A DNA stretch of 64,000 nt from an uncultured bacterium. Lineage in GTDB: Bacteria > Methylomirabilota > Methylomirabilia > Rokubacteriales > DASRDR01. The stretch is from assembly GCA_964416315.1 (NCBI GenBank), contig CAYQDR010000001.1, forward strand, positions 24,639 through 88,638, read 5' to 3'. Shown here one piece after another: positions 8,653 to 17,870 of the stretch; the first letter of the stretch is position 1, and each line of letters opens with the position of its first letter. Under the pieces are notes generated by a model that had not been told where the DNA came from, did not search any database, and was given only the letters and a program-made list of their open reading frames with translations. The position numbers and the translations under genes are program-made.

Positions 8653-9653
8653 CAGAACCACCGCGCCTTGTCCACGACGTTCCGGAGCGGCTCGCCGCGG
8701 GCGAAGCGCCCGACGTTGTCGAGGAGGACGGCGAGGTGGCGCTCGGCGACGCGTGGGGAGTAGCCCGCCACGTGGGGGGTGATGATGACGTTCTCGAGCC
8801 GCCAGAGCGGGTGATCGGCGGGGAGCGGCTCCGTCTCGAAGACGTCGAGCCCCGCGCCGGCGATCTCGCCGGCCTGCAGCGCGGCGGTGAGGTCGGTGAG
8901 GTCCACGATCACGCCGCGGCCGATGTTGATGAGATAGGCCGTGCGCTTCATCTGACGGAGCTCGCGCCGCCGGAAGAGCTTCTCCGTCTCCGGGGTGTGC
9001 GGCGCGGTGATCACGACGAAGTCGCTCTCGCCGAGGAGGTCCGGCAGGCGGTCGAGCCGCCAGAGCGCGGCGACGCCCTCCGGCGTCGCTGGCTGGACGG
9101 GGTCCACGGCGAGGACGCGCATGCCGAAGGCGAGGCCCCGTCGGGCGACCTCCGTCCCGATCGCGCCGAGCCCGACGATGCCCAGCGTCTGGTCGGCGAG
9201 GTGGAGGTGGGCGCGGTCGATGGCGCTCACGTGCCCCGGGCCGGTGGCGAAGCCGGCCCGCTCCGCCTCCCCGCCCGCGGGCTCCCACCGGCCGGCCAGC
9301 TGGTTCCGGATGTAGCGGTGGAAGTTCCGGGCGAAGCAGATGACGTAGCCGAAGACGTGGTCGGCGATGACGTCGGAGAAGATCCCGCGCATGTTCGTCA
9401 GCACGCACGAGTGCTCGACCAGCTCGGGGAAGACGTAGTGCTCGAGGCTGATGGTCGGCGACTGGACCCAGCGCAGCCGGCGCGCGGCGGCGAGGAGCGG
9501 CGGGGTGAGCTTCCCGAAGAAGGCGTCCGCGTCGGCGATGGCCCGGAGGGCCTCGGCCTCGTCGGCGGCGTTGAGGACGGCCATGCTGCCGGCCGCGACG
9601 CGGATCCGCTCGAGACGCTCGGGCTCGACGGGCGGGTGGATGACGAGCTTCAC
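8652..9653 (-). CDS. D-2-hydroxyacid dehydrogenase
   Basis: GIVGLGAIG, LINIGRG, AGLDVFETEPL and ITPHVAG motifs; GTG start. Confidence 0.9.
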   Translation of the reverse strand: MKLVIHPPVEPERLERIRVAAGSMAVLNAADEAEALRAIADADAFFGKLTPPLLAAARRLRWVQSPTISLEHYVFPELVEHSCVLTNMRGIFSDVIADHVFGYVICFARNFHRYIRNQLAGRWEPAGGEAERAGFATGPGHVSAIDRAHLHLADQTLGIVGLGAIGTEVARRGLAFGMRVLAVDPVQPATPEGVAALWRLDRLPDLLGESDFVVITAPHTPETEKLFRRRELRQMKRTAYLINIGRGVIVDLTDLTAALQAGEIAGAGLDVFETEPLPADHPLWRLENVIITPHVAGYSPRVAERHLAVLLDNVGRFARGEPLRNVVDKARWF

Positions 9654-9669
9654 GTCCGGGATTCTAACA
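9654..9669 (-). promoter_or_regulatory. Extended -10 promoter (TGtTAGAAT), probably leaderless
   Basis: TAGAAT ends 7 nt before GTG 9653; no SD. Confidence 0.55.
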
Positions 9670-9803
9670 GAGAGCGGCTTCCCCTGCGCCTCCACGCGTG
9701 GGACAATGTCCCGCACTGGCAGACGACACCTGGCACGGAGGGCTCGACTGCACCTGCGGCCTGCACCCGAACATGAAGGGGACCGTGGAGGTGACGAAGT
9801 AGC

Positions 9804-11441
9804 ATGAAGGGCGCAGCGGCCGTCGCGGAGATCCTGAAGCGCGAAGGGGTCGAGTACCTGATCGGCTATCCCGTCAACCCCATCATCGAGGCGGCGGCCC
9901 AGGCCGACATCCGGACGATCATCGTCCGCCAGGAGCGCGTCGGGCTGCACATGGCGGACGCGCTCAGCCGCCTCTCCTCGCGGCGCCGGATCGGCGTCTT
10001 TGCCATGCAGCAGGGGCCCGGGGCCGAGAACGCCTTCGGCGGCGTCGCGCAGGCGTACGCGGACTCCGTCCCGATCGTGGTCCTGCCGGCCGGCTACCCG
10101 CGCCGCCTCACGAACATCCCGCCGAACTTCAACTCGTTCGTCAACTACCGCCACATCACGAAGTGGGCGGAGCAGGTCACGCTCGCCGACGCGATCCCGG
10201 ACGCCCTCCGGCGCGCCTTCACGCAGGTCCGGAACGGCCGGCCCCGCCCCGTGCTCGTCGAGATCCCGACCGACGTCCTCGCGGAGGAGGTGCCCGAACC
10301 GCTCGCCCATCGGCCCACCGTGACGACGCGGACGGGGCCCGATCCGCGGGCGGTGGCGGAAGCCGCGCGGGTCCTCGTCGAGGCGCAGCGGCCGGTCATC
10401 TACGCGGGGCAGGGGGTCCACTACGCCCGGGCGTGGCAGCCGCTCCGCGAGCTGGCCGAGTTGCTCGAGGCGCCCGTCACGACGAGCCTCCAGGGGAAGA
10501 GCGCGTTTCCCGAGACCCACCCGCTGTCGCTCGGCTCCGGCGGGCGCTCGATTCCGAAGCCGGTCCACCACTTTCTCCAGCAGGCCGACGTGATCTTCGG
10601 CGTGGGCTGCAGCTTCTCGACGAGCAACTACGCGGTGCCGATGCCGAAGGGGAAGGTGATCGTCCACGCCACGCTGGACGCCGCCGATCTCGCCAAGGAC
10701 GTCCCCGTGGATCACGCCCTCGTCGGCGACGCCGACCTCGTGCTGGAGGCGCTCGTCGCGGAGGTCCGCGACCGCCTTCGCGGCCGGCCGCGCGACCGGG
10801 TCGACGCGGTAACCCGCGAGATCAAGGCGGTCAAGGCGGAGTGGCTCCAGCAGTGGATGCCGAAGCTCACCTCCGACGAGGTCCCGCTGTCGCCGTACCG
10901 GGTGATCTGGGACCTCCTCCACACGGTGGACGTCGCCCACACGGTCATCACCCACGACGCCGGGAGCCCCCGCGACCAGCTCTCCCCGTTCTGGGAGACG
11001 ACTGCCCCGCTCACCTACATCGGGTGGGGGAAGACGACGCAGCTCGGCTACGGCCTCGGGCTCGCCATGGGGGCGAAGCTCGCCGAGCCGGGGAAGCTCT
11101 GCGTCAACGTCTGGGGGGACGCGGCGATCGGCTTCACCGGGATGGACTTCGAGACGGCCGTGCGGGAGCGGATCCCGATCCTCTCCGTGCTCTTCAACAA
11201 CTTCTCGATGGCGATCGAGCTGCCCATCATGAAGGTGGCCACGGAGAAGTACCGGAGCACGGACATCTCCGGCAACTACGCGGAGATGGCCCGGGCGTTC
11301 GGCGGCTACGGGGAGCGGGTGACGGAGCCCCGGGAGATCGTCCCGGCGATCCGCCGCGCCATCCGGAAGACGGAGGAGGGCACGCCGGCCCTCCTCGAGT
11401 TCCTCACCGCGCAGGAGATCACCTTCTCGGTCTTCCGGTGA
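9804..11441 (+). CDS. Thiamine-pyrophosphate-binding protein (acetolactate synthase-like family)
   Basis: IVRQERVGLHMAD, QQGPG and WGDAAIGF...FNN TPP motif. Confidence 0.9.
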   Translation: MKGAAAVAEILKREGVEYLIGYPVNPIIEAAAQADIRTIIVRQERVGLHMADALSRLSSRRRIGVFAMQQGPGAENAFGGVAQAYADSVPIVVLPAGYPRRLTNIPPNFNSFVNYRHITKWAEQVTLADAIPDALRRAFTQVRNGRPRPVLVEIPTDVLAEEVPEPLAHRPTVTTRTGPDPRAVAEAARVLVEAQRPVIYAGQGVHYARAWQPLRELAELLEAPVTTSLQGKSAFPETHPLSLGSGGRSIPKPVHHFLQQADVIFGVGCSFSTSNYAVPMPKGKVIVHATLDAADLAKDVPVDHALVGDADLVLEALVAEVRDRLRGRPRDRVDAVTREIKAVKAEWLQQWMPKLTSDEVPLSPYRVIWDLLHTVDVAHTVITHDAGSPRDQLSPFWETTAPLTYIGWGKTTQLGYGLGLAMGAKLAEPGKLCVNVWGDAAIGFTGMDFETAVRERIPILSVLFNNFSMAIELPIMKVATEKYRSTDISGNYAEMARAFGGYGERVTEPREIVPAIRRAIRKTEEGTPALLEFLTAQEITFSVFR

Positions 11442-11442
11442 G

Positions 11443-11501
11443 CTCCCACCCTAACACTCCCTCTCCCCCCCAAATTGGGGGAGAGGGTGGGGGTGAGGGG
11501 G
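11443..11501. repeat. BoxC/REP-like palindrome (family A), two-armed
   Basis: CCCTCTCCCCCCCAAATTGGGGGAGAGGG followed by TGGGGGTGAGGGG. Confidence 0.85.
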
Positions 11502-11653
11502 CCCATGTTCCGACCTTCCGGCCGCGCCCGCTGCGTTGCGGGCCCTCCACTTGATTGCCCCGTTCGGAAGGTTCGACTATCCTACCTGAGTGAATAGGAC
11601 GGCCGGTCATACGGCACGGCGCCGTGTGTCCGGAGTACTGCTTAAGGTGCCCG

Positions 11654-11851
11654 GTGAAGGTACGCGAAGTGATCCACTTGCTGGAGCAGGATGGCTGGGT
11701 GTCGGTGATCACGCGTGGCAGTCACCGGCAGTTCAAGCACCCGACGAAGCCCGGGCGTGTCACGGTCAGCGGCAACTTGGGTGATGACATGCCCAAGGGC
11801 ACCTTTGCATCCGTCAGGCGGCAGGCGGGCCTGAAACGAGGGAAGAGATGA
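11654..11851 (+). CDS. hicA: HicA family mRNA interferase toxin
   Basis: VKVREVIHLLEQDGW...RGSHRQFKHPTKPGRVTV; GTG start; ATGA overlap with hicB. Confidence 0.9.
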   Translation: MKVREVIHLLEQDGWVSVITRGSHRQFKHPTKPGRVTVSGNLGDDMPKGTFASVRRQAGLKRGKR

Positions 11852-12111
11852 AGAAGCTTCGCTATCTTGTCCGCATCAACAAGGATCCTCACAGCGATTG
11901 GGGGGCGTCGGTCCCCGACCTTCCAGGCTGTGTGGCGACGGGCAAGACCATTGACGCGGCACTTCGACGCATCCAAGTGGCGATCGAGCTTCATCTCCGA
12001 GGCATGAAGGCGGACGGGCTACGACCTCCCCGGCCGCGTCAACGGACGGTGGCGCCCCGCCGCACATCCCGTCAAATCGACTTTTACGCGACCGTCGAGG
12101 TGGCAGCCTGA
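11848..12111 (+). CDS. hicB: HicB family antitoxin
   Basis: WGASVPDLPGCVATGKTIDAA...AIELHL motif. Confidence 0.9.
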   Translation: MKKLRYLVRINKDPHSDWGASVPDLPGCVATGKTIDAALRRIQVAIELHLRGMKADGLRPPRPRQRTVAPRRTSRQIDFYATVEVAA

Positions 12112-12194
12112 GGGCTCAGGCGGCAGGTAGGCGCTCGCCTGACGACGGGGCGCGCCCGCTGAGACCGGTCACCCTTTCGGGAAAGGAATGATCT

Positions 12195-12707
12195 GTGACG
12201 GAACCGAGGAAGCCTGTGGTGAGGAAGGGTCGTGGAAGCGGTGCATCGCCCGCGAAGCCCCGATGCGGGTTGTGCGGCAAGGCGGCGAGGCTGACGAGGA
12301 TCGAGTGCTGCGGTCAGTGGATCTGCGACGACGAGGACAAGTATGTCGTGTTTTCCTATGCGCGGAACAGTTGCCACCGGAATCATCGGCGGTTCACGCT
12401 CTGCGGGTATCACCATGCCGAGGGCCATCGAGGGCACTGGAAGGTGTGTCGGACGTGTCGCGCGGCCTTCGAGACGGAGATCTACGTCTACTACGGGACC
12501 AACGAGTACAATTTCCAGAAGCTCGAGAATCCGCCGGCGTACGAGCCGACTAGATGTTCGCGGTGCGGGGTGGTGATCGTGCTGAGTGCGGGCGGATATT
12601 CGATGACGGGCGACGGGTACCGGTGTGAGGACTGCACGGCCGCCGAGTTGTGGGGTCGATCCGGCGCGAGCAGGCGCCCCGCCCGAGGGGGCAAGGCGCG
12701 GGGCTGA
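12195..12707 (+). CDS. Cys/His-rich hypothetical protein (putative multi-Zn-binding)
   Basis: 13 Cys including four CxxC pairs plus HRNH and YHHAEGH; GAAAGGA upstream. Confidence 0.7.
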   Translation: MTEPRKPVVRKGRGSGASPAKPRCGLCGKAARLTRIECCGQWICDDEDKYVVFSYARNSCHRNHRRFTLCGYHHAEGHRGHWKVCRTCRAAFETEIYVYYGTNEYNFQKLENPPAYEPTRCSRCGVVIVLSAGGYSMTGDGYRCEDCTAAELWGRSGASRRPARGGKARG

Positions 12708-12737
12708 GCCGCGCTCACGCAACCGGGGCCGCCCCAG

Positions 12738-13115
12738 ATGAAGCGATACGATCCCGAGAGGGCGCCGGATCGGGAGAAGTGGCTCGCACTGGACGAGCAG
12801 GAACGGGTCGCTCTCGTCGCAGCTCATCACCGGCGGGCGAGGGTGAGACTCCCGAACCTGCGGCTCCACGCGGCGATTCATGCCGTCGTGGAGAACCAAC
12901 TCGCGGAGCGGCTTACGGTGGTTCAGGAAACGTTGGAGAGGCTGATGGCAGAGGGATTGGACCGCCACGACGCGGTCCACGCCATCGGCTCCGTGGTCGC
13001 GGAGCACCTATGGAACGCGATGAACGAGAGGCTGCGGGGCCCAGATCCTCACGAAGCGTATTTCGATCGGCTGAAGGGTCTGACCGCGGCCGCCTGGCTC
13101 GAGGGCACGCGCTAG
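12738..13115 (+). CDS. DUF1841-like hypothetical protein
   Basis: LHAAIHAVVENQLA...GLDRHDAVHAIGSV pattern. Confidence 0.65.
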   Translation: MKRYDPERAPDREKWLALDEQERVALVAAHHRRARVRLPNLRLHAAIHAVVENQLAERLTVVQETLERLMAEGLDRHDAVHAIGSVVAEHLWNAMNERLRGPDPHEAYFDRLKGLTAAAWLEGTR

Positions 13116-13137
13116 CGGGCCGCGCCTGGGCGGAGCC

Positions 13138-13162
13138 CCCTCTCCCCCGGTGGGAGAGAGGG
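13138..13162. repeat. BoxC/REP-like palindrome (family A)
   Basis: CCCTCTCCCCCGGTGGGAGAGAGGG between convergent genes. Confidence 0.8.
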
Positions 13163-13190
13163 AAGATGTTCCGACGGGGGGAGGTGAGCC

Positions 13191-14255
13191 TCAGACCTCG
13201 ACAGTCCAGCCGCGCGTGTCGGGCACCCGCGCGTACTGGATGTCCACGATCGTCTGGTAGAGGCGCTGGGTCAGCTCGCCGATCTGGCCCCGGTTGATCT
13301 GGATCCGCTCGGTCTTGTAGGCGAGCTCGCCGACCGGGGAGATGACGGCGGCCGTCCCGGTGCCCCAGGCCTCGCGGAGCGTCCCCTTCCGCGCCGCCTC
13401 GATCACCTCGTCGATCTCGACCTGGCGCTCGGAAACCTTGATCCCCCATTCGCGCAGGATGGTGAGGGTCGAGTCCCGCGTCACGCCCGGGAGGATCGTG
13501 CCCGCGAGCGGCGGCGTCACGACCTCGTCGCCGAGACGGAACATGATGTTCATCGTCCCGACCTCGTCCACGTACTTCCGGTGGATCGCGTCGAGGTAGA
13601 GGACCTGGGTGAACCCCGCGTGGTGCGCCTCCTCGGCGGGGAGGAGGCTCGCCGCGTAGTTCCCGCCCGTCTTCGATGCCCCGACGCCGGGGATGGCGCG
13701 GATGTACTTGTCCTCGACCCGGATCTTCACGGGGTTCATGCCCTCGGCGTAGTAGGCGCCGACGGGCGAGAGGATGACGTAGTAGATGTAGGACTTCGCC
13801 GGCCGGACGCCGAGGAACGGCTCCGTGGCGATGATCACCGGCCGGACGTAGAGCGCCGTGCCGACGCTCGAGGGGACCCACTCCCGCTCGAGCCCGACCA
13901 GCGTGACGAGGGACTGGAGGGCGAGGCCGGGGTCCATCGGCGGGATGCACAGCCGCCGCGCCGAGTTGTTGAGCCGCTCGATGTGCTTCTGCGGCCGGAA
14001 CAGGCGCACCTTCTTGTCCTGCCCGCGGAAGGCCTTGAGCCCCTCGAAGATGCCCTGCGCGTAATGGAAGATGGCGGCGGCGGGCTCGAGGGTGATCGGG
14101 CCGTAGGGCTCGACCCGGGGGTCGTACCAGCCCTTCTCCTCCTGGAAGTCCGCCAGGAACATGTGGTCGGTGAAGATCGTGCCGAACCCGAGCTCCGAGT
14201 CCTTGGGCTTCGGCTTCCTGGTGGTCGCGCGGGTGATCCGGATCGGCTCGCTCAT
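13191..14255 (-). CDS. ilvE: Branched-chain amino acid aminotransferase
   Basis: FHYAQGIFEGLKA, KTGGNYAASL, DEVGTMN, ILPGVTR and GTGTAAVISP motifs. Confidence 0.95.
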   Translation of the reverse strand: MSEPIRITRATTRKPKPKDSELGFGTIFTDHMFLADFQEEKGWYDPRVEPYGPITLEPAAAIFHYAQGIFEGLKAFRGQDKKVRLFRPQKHIERLNNSARRLCIPPMDPGLALQSLVTLVGLEREWVPSSVGTALYVRPVIIATEPFLGVRPAKSYIYYVILSPVGAYYAEGMNPVKIRVEDKYIRAIPGVGASKTGGNYAASLLPAEEAHHAGFTQVLYLDAIHRKYVDEVGTMNIMFRLGDEVVTPPLAGTILPGVTRDSTLTILREWGIKVSERQVEIDEVIEAARKGTLREAWGTGTAAVISPVGELAYKTERIQINRGQIGELTQRLYQTIVDIQYARVPDTRGWTVEV

Positions 14256-14314
14256 TGTCGTCCTCACTCTGGCCTGGGGTTCTCGCGCCTCGGTGAGCCC
14301 AGAGTGTACCACGC

Positions 14315-15289
14315 TCAGCTCACGTGGGCGAAGGTGCGCTCGATGTTGGTGAGGATGCCCGTGCGCCACGGGCGGTAGCTCCCGTACCGCGAGAACGGCT
14401 GCTCGTAGCGCGGGGCGAGCTGGTCCGGGACCCGCTGCTTCACCTCGTCGAGGGTCGCGCCGGCGGCCGCCTCCCGGCGCACCGCCTCGACGAGGTCCTC
14501 GACGTAGCCGCGGAACGTCCGGAGCCAGTCCTTGCCCGCGGGCTCCCCGTGCCCCATCGCCATCTGGGTGAAGTCGAGCTGCTCGAGGCGGGCGAGCGTC
14601 GGCCCCCAGTCCTCGGGGTAGCCGTCCCCCATGAACGGCGTCCAGCCGATCACGCAGTCGCCGGTGGCGACTACCTTCTCCCGTGGCAGGTAGACGAAGA
14701 TGTCGCCTTCGGTGTGCGCGCGGCCGAAGTAGAGGAGGTGGATCTCCCGGTCCCCCTTGAAGAGCCGCATCGTGTGCTCGAAGGTCATGGTGGGGAGGGC
14801 GGGCTTGAGCGCCGAAACCTCGTCGAGGTAGGCCTCCGCCTCGCGGAGACTCGCGGCGAGCTCGGCGCGCCGGGCCGGGTCGGTGGCCGCGGCGAGGTCG
14901 GCGCGGAGCTTCGCGATCTCGGCCGGGACCGACCGGACGTGGTCCCGGATCCGCTTGAAGCCTTTCCGGACCATCGCCTCGCGGGTGACGTGGCTCGTGA
15001 TGACCTCGACGTCCGGGTAGGCGGCGGGGTAGGCCTCGTTCCCGTGCCAGTGGTCCCAGTGGAAGTGGGTGTTGACGACGTAGCGCACCGGCTTCGGCGT
15101 GAGGTCCCGGAGCACCCCGAGGAGCGTCCGGGCGGCGGAGGGCTTCGAGTGGGTGTCCACGACGATCAGCCCGTCGTCCACCTCGATGATCACGGCGTTC
15201 GAGTTGACCTTGTACGCCGGGGCGGCGACCGCGACGCGGACGCCGTCGGCGACCTCGCGGAGCTCGAACAGCGCGCGGCCCTGGGTCAT
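14315..15289 (-). CDS. MBL-fold metallo-hydrolase (cyclase-like)
   Basis: VVNTHFHWDHWHGN, AHTEGD and ATGD motifs. Confidence 0.85.
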   Translation of the reverse strand: MTQGRALFELREVADGVRVAVAAPAYKVNSNAVIIEVDDGLIVVDTHSKPSAARTLLGVLRDLTPKPVRYVVNTHFHWDHWHGNEAYPAAYPDVEVITSHVTREAMVRKGFKRIRDHVRSVPAEIAKLRADLAAATDPARRAELAASLREAEAYLDEVSALKPALPTMTFEHTMRLFKGDREIHLLYFGRAHTEGDIFVYLPREKVVATGDCVIGWTPFMGDGYPEDWGPTLARLEQLDFTQMAMGHGEPAGKDWLRTFRGYVEDLVEAVRREAAAGATLDEVKQRVPDQLAPRYEQPFSRYGSYRPWRTGILTNIERTFAHVS

Positions 15290-15714
15290 CGCGCGACCTC
15301 CGCCTTCCGGATCTCGTATGACGTCGTGAACTCCATGTCCTGGCGGAGCGAGTGCCAGACCGAGCAGTGCTTCTCCCGGCTCAGCGCGATCGCCCGCTCG
15401 ACGCGGTCCGGCGGGACGTCGCCCGTCACGAGGAAACGCAGGTCGACCTTGACCAGGCGCCGGGGCTCCTCGGGGGCGCGCTCGGCCGTGAGGCGGGCGC
15501 GGAGGCCTTCGAGCCCGAGGCGCCCCTTGGTCAGGACGTGCACGACGTCGATCGCCATGCAACCGGCGAGCGCGAAGGCCAGCGCCTGGACCGGCGACGG
15601 CCCCGCCGTCCGGTCGCCGTCGAGGATCATCTGGACGCCGTCCGACCTTCCGCTGAAGCGGAGCTCCCCCTGCCAATCGAGCTCGAGAGTGACCGGCGGC
15701 CGCGGTTCGTTCAT
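15286..15714 (-). CDS. OsmC/Ohr family protein
   Basis: GPSPVQAL...LAGCMAID and SREKHCSV Cys pair. Confidence 0.9.
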   Translation of the reverse strand: MNEPRPPVTLELDWQGELRFSGRSDGVQMILDGDRTAGPSPVQALAFALAGCMAIDVVHVLTKGRLGLEGLRARLTAERAPEEPRRLVKVDLRFLVTGDVPPDRVERAIALSREKHCSVWHSLRQDMEFTTSYEIRKAEVAR

Positions 15715-15726
15715 TGCGCCCTCATT

Positions 15727-15843
15727 CTACCCTCGATGATCGCGGTTCGACCCGCGAGGCTCGAGCTCGCGCAACCCCCGGTCACACTCCGGCTCGACGT
15801 GATAGGCGACGGGAACGAGGACCACGCACGTGGAGTTGTCCAT
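15727..15843 (-). pseudogene. N-terminal stub resembling a glycosyltransferase-like family
   Basis: MDNSTCVVLVPVAYHVEPECDRGLRELE then abrupt unrelated tail and stop; similarity from memory. Confidence 0.4.
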
Positions 15844-16037
15844 GGCTCGCGGTGCTCCGCTCGGTTGCGTCGGAGTGCTCGGTACGGCCTCCGTGCGCTC
15901 CCCGGGTCGCATGACACTACGTCGCGGGAGAGTCGCCGTCAACTCCGTGTTCGCCATCTCCCGGCGCGGCGATCGGCCCGGCGATGCACCGGAGCACCCG
16001 GGCGATGTCGCGTCCCGAACAATCTCTGTTGCGCGGC

Positions 16038-16862
16038 TCAGCGGCCGCGGGGATCGAGCAGCTCGCGGAGCCCCTCCCCCAGGAAGTTGATGCTGGCGAC
16101 GGCGACCAGGATCGCGAGCCCCGGGAACACCCCGAGCCACGGCGCCTGGGCGAAGTGGACCTGGGCGCTGTGGAGCATCCCGCCCCACGTGGCCGTCGGC
16201 GGCGGGACGCCGAACCCGAGGAAGGAGAGCGCGGACTCGACCAGGATCGCGTGGGCCACCAGGAGCGTGCCGGCCACGTACACGGGGCCGAGGACGTTCG
16301 GCACGATGTGACGGGCGAGGATGCGCGGACGCGAGGCGCCGAGGGCGCGGGCGGCCTCGACGAACGGCCACTGGGCGAGGCTCAGGATCTGGCCCCGGAC
16401 AAGCCGCGCGACCGTGGTCCAGGAGAGGAACGAGAGCACCAGGACGAGCCGCCAGGGCGTGAGCTGGACGAAAGCGGCCGCCACCATCGCCAGGGCGAGC
16501 GTCGGGATCGACAGGAGCGCGTCCACGGCGGCGGAGACGGCGGCGTCCACCGAGCCCCGGAGGTAGCCCGCGAGCGCGCCCAGGAGCCCGCCGAGGCCGA
16601 CCGAGACGACGGCGACGCCCAGGCCGAGGAGGAGCGAGCCGCGACCGGCGTGCAGCAGGCGACTGAGGACGTCGCGCCCGACGTCGTCCGTGCCGAGCCA
16701 GCCGACCACGCCGGGCGGGCGAAGCACGACGCGGAGGTCCACGGCGTCCGGCGGGCGCGGCGCGAGCCAGGGCGCGGCGAGCGCACCGAGCGCGAGCAGC
16801 GCGAGGCACCCGGCGGCCGTCACCGCCAGGGGTGCAGCGCGAAGGCGACGGCGGGCCGTCAC
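16038..16862 (-). CDS. Peptide/nickel ABC permease (DppC/OppC type)
   Basis: WLGTDDVGRDVLSRL, EAARALGAS, LSFLGFG and PTATWGGML motifs. Confidence 0.9.
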   Translation of the reverse strand: MTARRRLRAAPLAVTAAGCLALLALGALAAPWLAPRPPDAVDLRVVLRPPGVVGWLGTDDVGRDVLSRLLHAGRGSLLLGLGVAVVSVGLGGLLGALAGYLRGSVDAAVSAAVDALLSIPTLALAMVAAAFVQLTPWRLVLVLSFLSWTTVARLVRGQILSLAQWPFVEAARALGASRPRILARHIVPNVLGPVYVAGTLLVAHAILVESALSFLGFGVPPPTATWGGMLHSAQVHFAQAPWLGVFPGLAILVAVASINFLGEGLRELLDPRGR

Positions 16863-17824
16863 CGCGCGGGCCCCGCGAGCTGGACCCGGGGGTCGATCCA
16901 GCGGTAGGCGAGGTCCGTCGCGAGGTTCGCGAGGACCACCGCCACGGCCAGCATCATCAGGACCCCCATGGCCACGGGATAGTCGCGCGTGAGGAGGCCG
17001 GCGGTCAGGAGGCGTCCGAGGCCGGGCCACGCGAAGACGACTTCCGTCACCATCGCCCCCGCGAGGAGCCGCGGGATCTCCAGCCCGACGATGGTGACCA
17101 GCGGGATCGCGGCGTTCGGGAGCGCGTGCCGGAGGAGCAGCGCGACCTCGGGCACTCCGTTGGCCCGCGCCGTCCGGATGTAATCTTCGCGGAGGACTTC
17201 CGCGAGGCCGGCCTGGACGTAGCGCGTCCACTGGGCGACGTACACGGAGCCGAGGACGACGGTGGGGCCGAGGAGGTGGAGCAGCCGGTCGCCGAGCGAG
17301 AATCCGGCCCCGATCGTCGCCATCCCGCCCGCGGGGAGCCACCGGAGGTAAACCGCGAAGGCGAGGAGGACCAGCGTCCCGCTCCAGAAGGTCGGCACGC
17401 TCATCCCCACGACGGCGAGCGCCTGGACGGTCCCCTGGAGCCCGCGGTGCCGGGTCGCGGCAGCGACGGTGCCGAGGAGGACGCCGGCGCCGAGCGAGAA
17501 CGCGAGCGCGCTCCCGGTCAGGAGGAGCGTGGCCGGCACGCGCTCGAGCACCGCGGTGGCGACGGGGCGACGCTCGCTGAACGAGTCCCCCCAGTCGCCG
17601 CTCACGGCGCGCCGGAGCCAGACGCCGTACTGGACCAGGACCGGACGGTCGAGGCCCCAGAGGGCCCGGATCCGCGCGACGGCCTCCGGCGACGCCGAGG
17701 GGTCGGCCGCGAAGATGTCGGCGGGCCCGCCCGGCGGGACCTGGAGGACCAGGAAGAGCAGGAGCGAGATGACGAAGAGGCGGGCGCCGGCCTCCAGCAC
17801 CCGCCTCCCTGCGTACCTCAGCAT
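16859..17824 (-). CDS. Peptide/nickel ABC permease (DppB/OppB type)
   Basis: GDWGDSF, EDYIRTARANG, HALPNA and RDYPV motifs. Confidence 0.9.
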   Translation of the reverse strand: MLRYAGRRVLEAGARLFVISLLLFLVLQVPPGGPADIFAADPSASPEAVARIRALWGLDRPVLVQYGVWLRRAVSGDWGDSFSERRPVATAVLERVPATLLLTGSALAFSLGAGVLLGTVAAATRHRGLQGTVQALAVVGMSVPTFWSGTLVLLAFAVYLRWLPAGGMATIGAGFSLGDRLLHLLGPTVVLGSVYVAQWTRYVQAGLAEVLREDYIRTARANGVPEVALLLRHALPNAAIPLVTIVGLEIPRLLAGAMVTEVVFAWPGLGRLLTAGLLTRDYPVAMGVLMMLAVAVVLANLATDLAYRWIDPRVQLAGPAR

Positions 17825-17832
17825 TGCTCATT

Positions 17833-17868
17833 ACCCTCTCCCCTGAGGGGAGAGGGTAGGGTGAGGGG
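17833..17868. repeat. BoxC/REP-like palindrome (family A)
   Basis: ACCCTCTCCCCTGAGGGGAGAGGGT perfect hairpin plus AGGGTGAGGGG. Confidence 0.9.
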
Positions 17869-17870
17869 CG

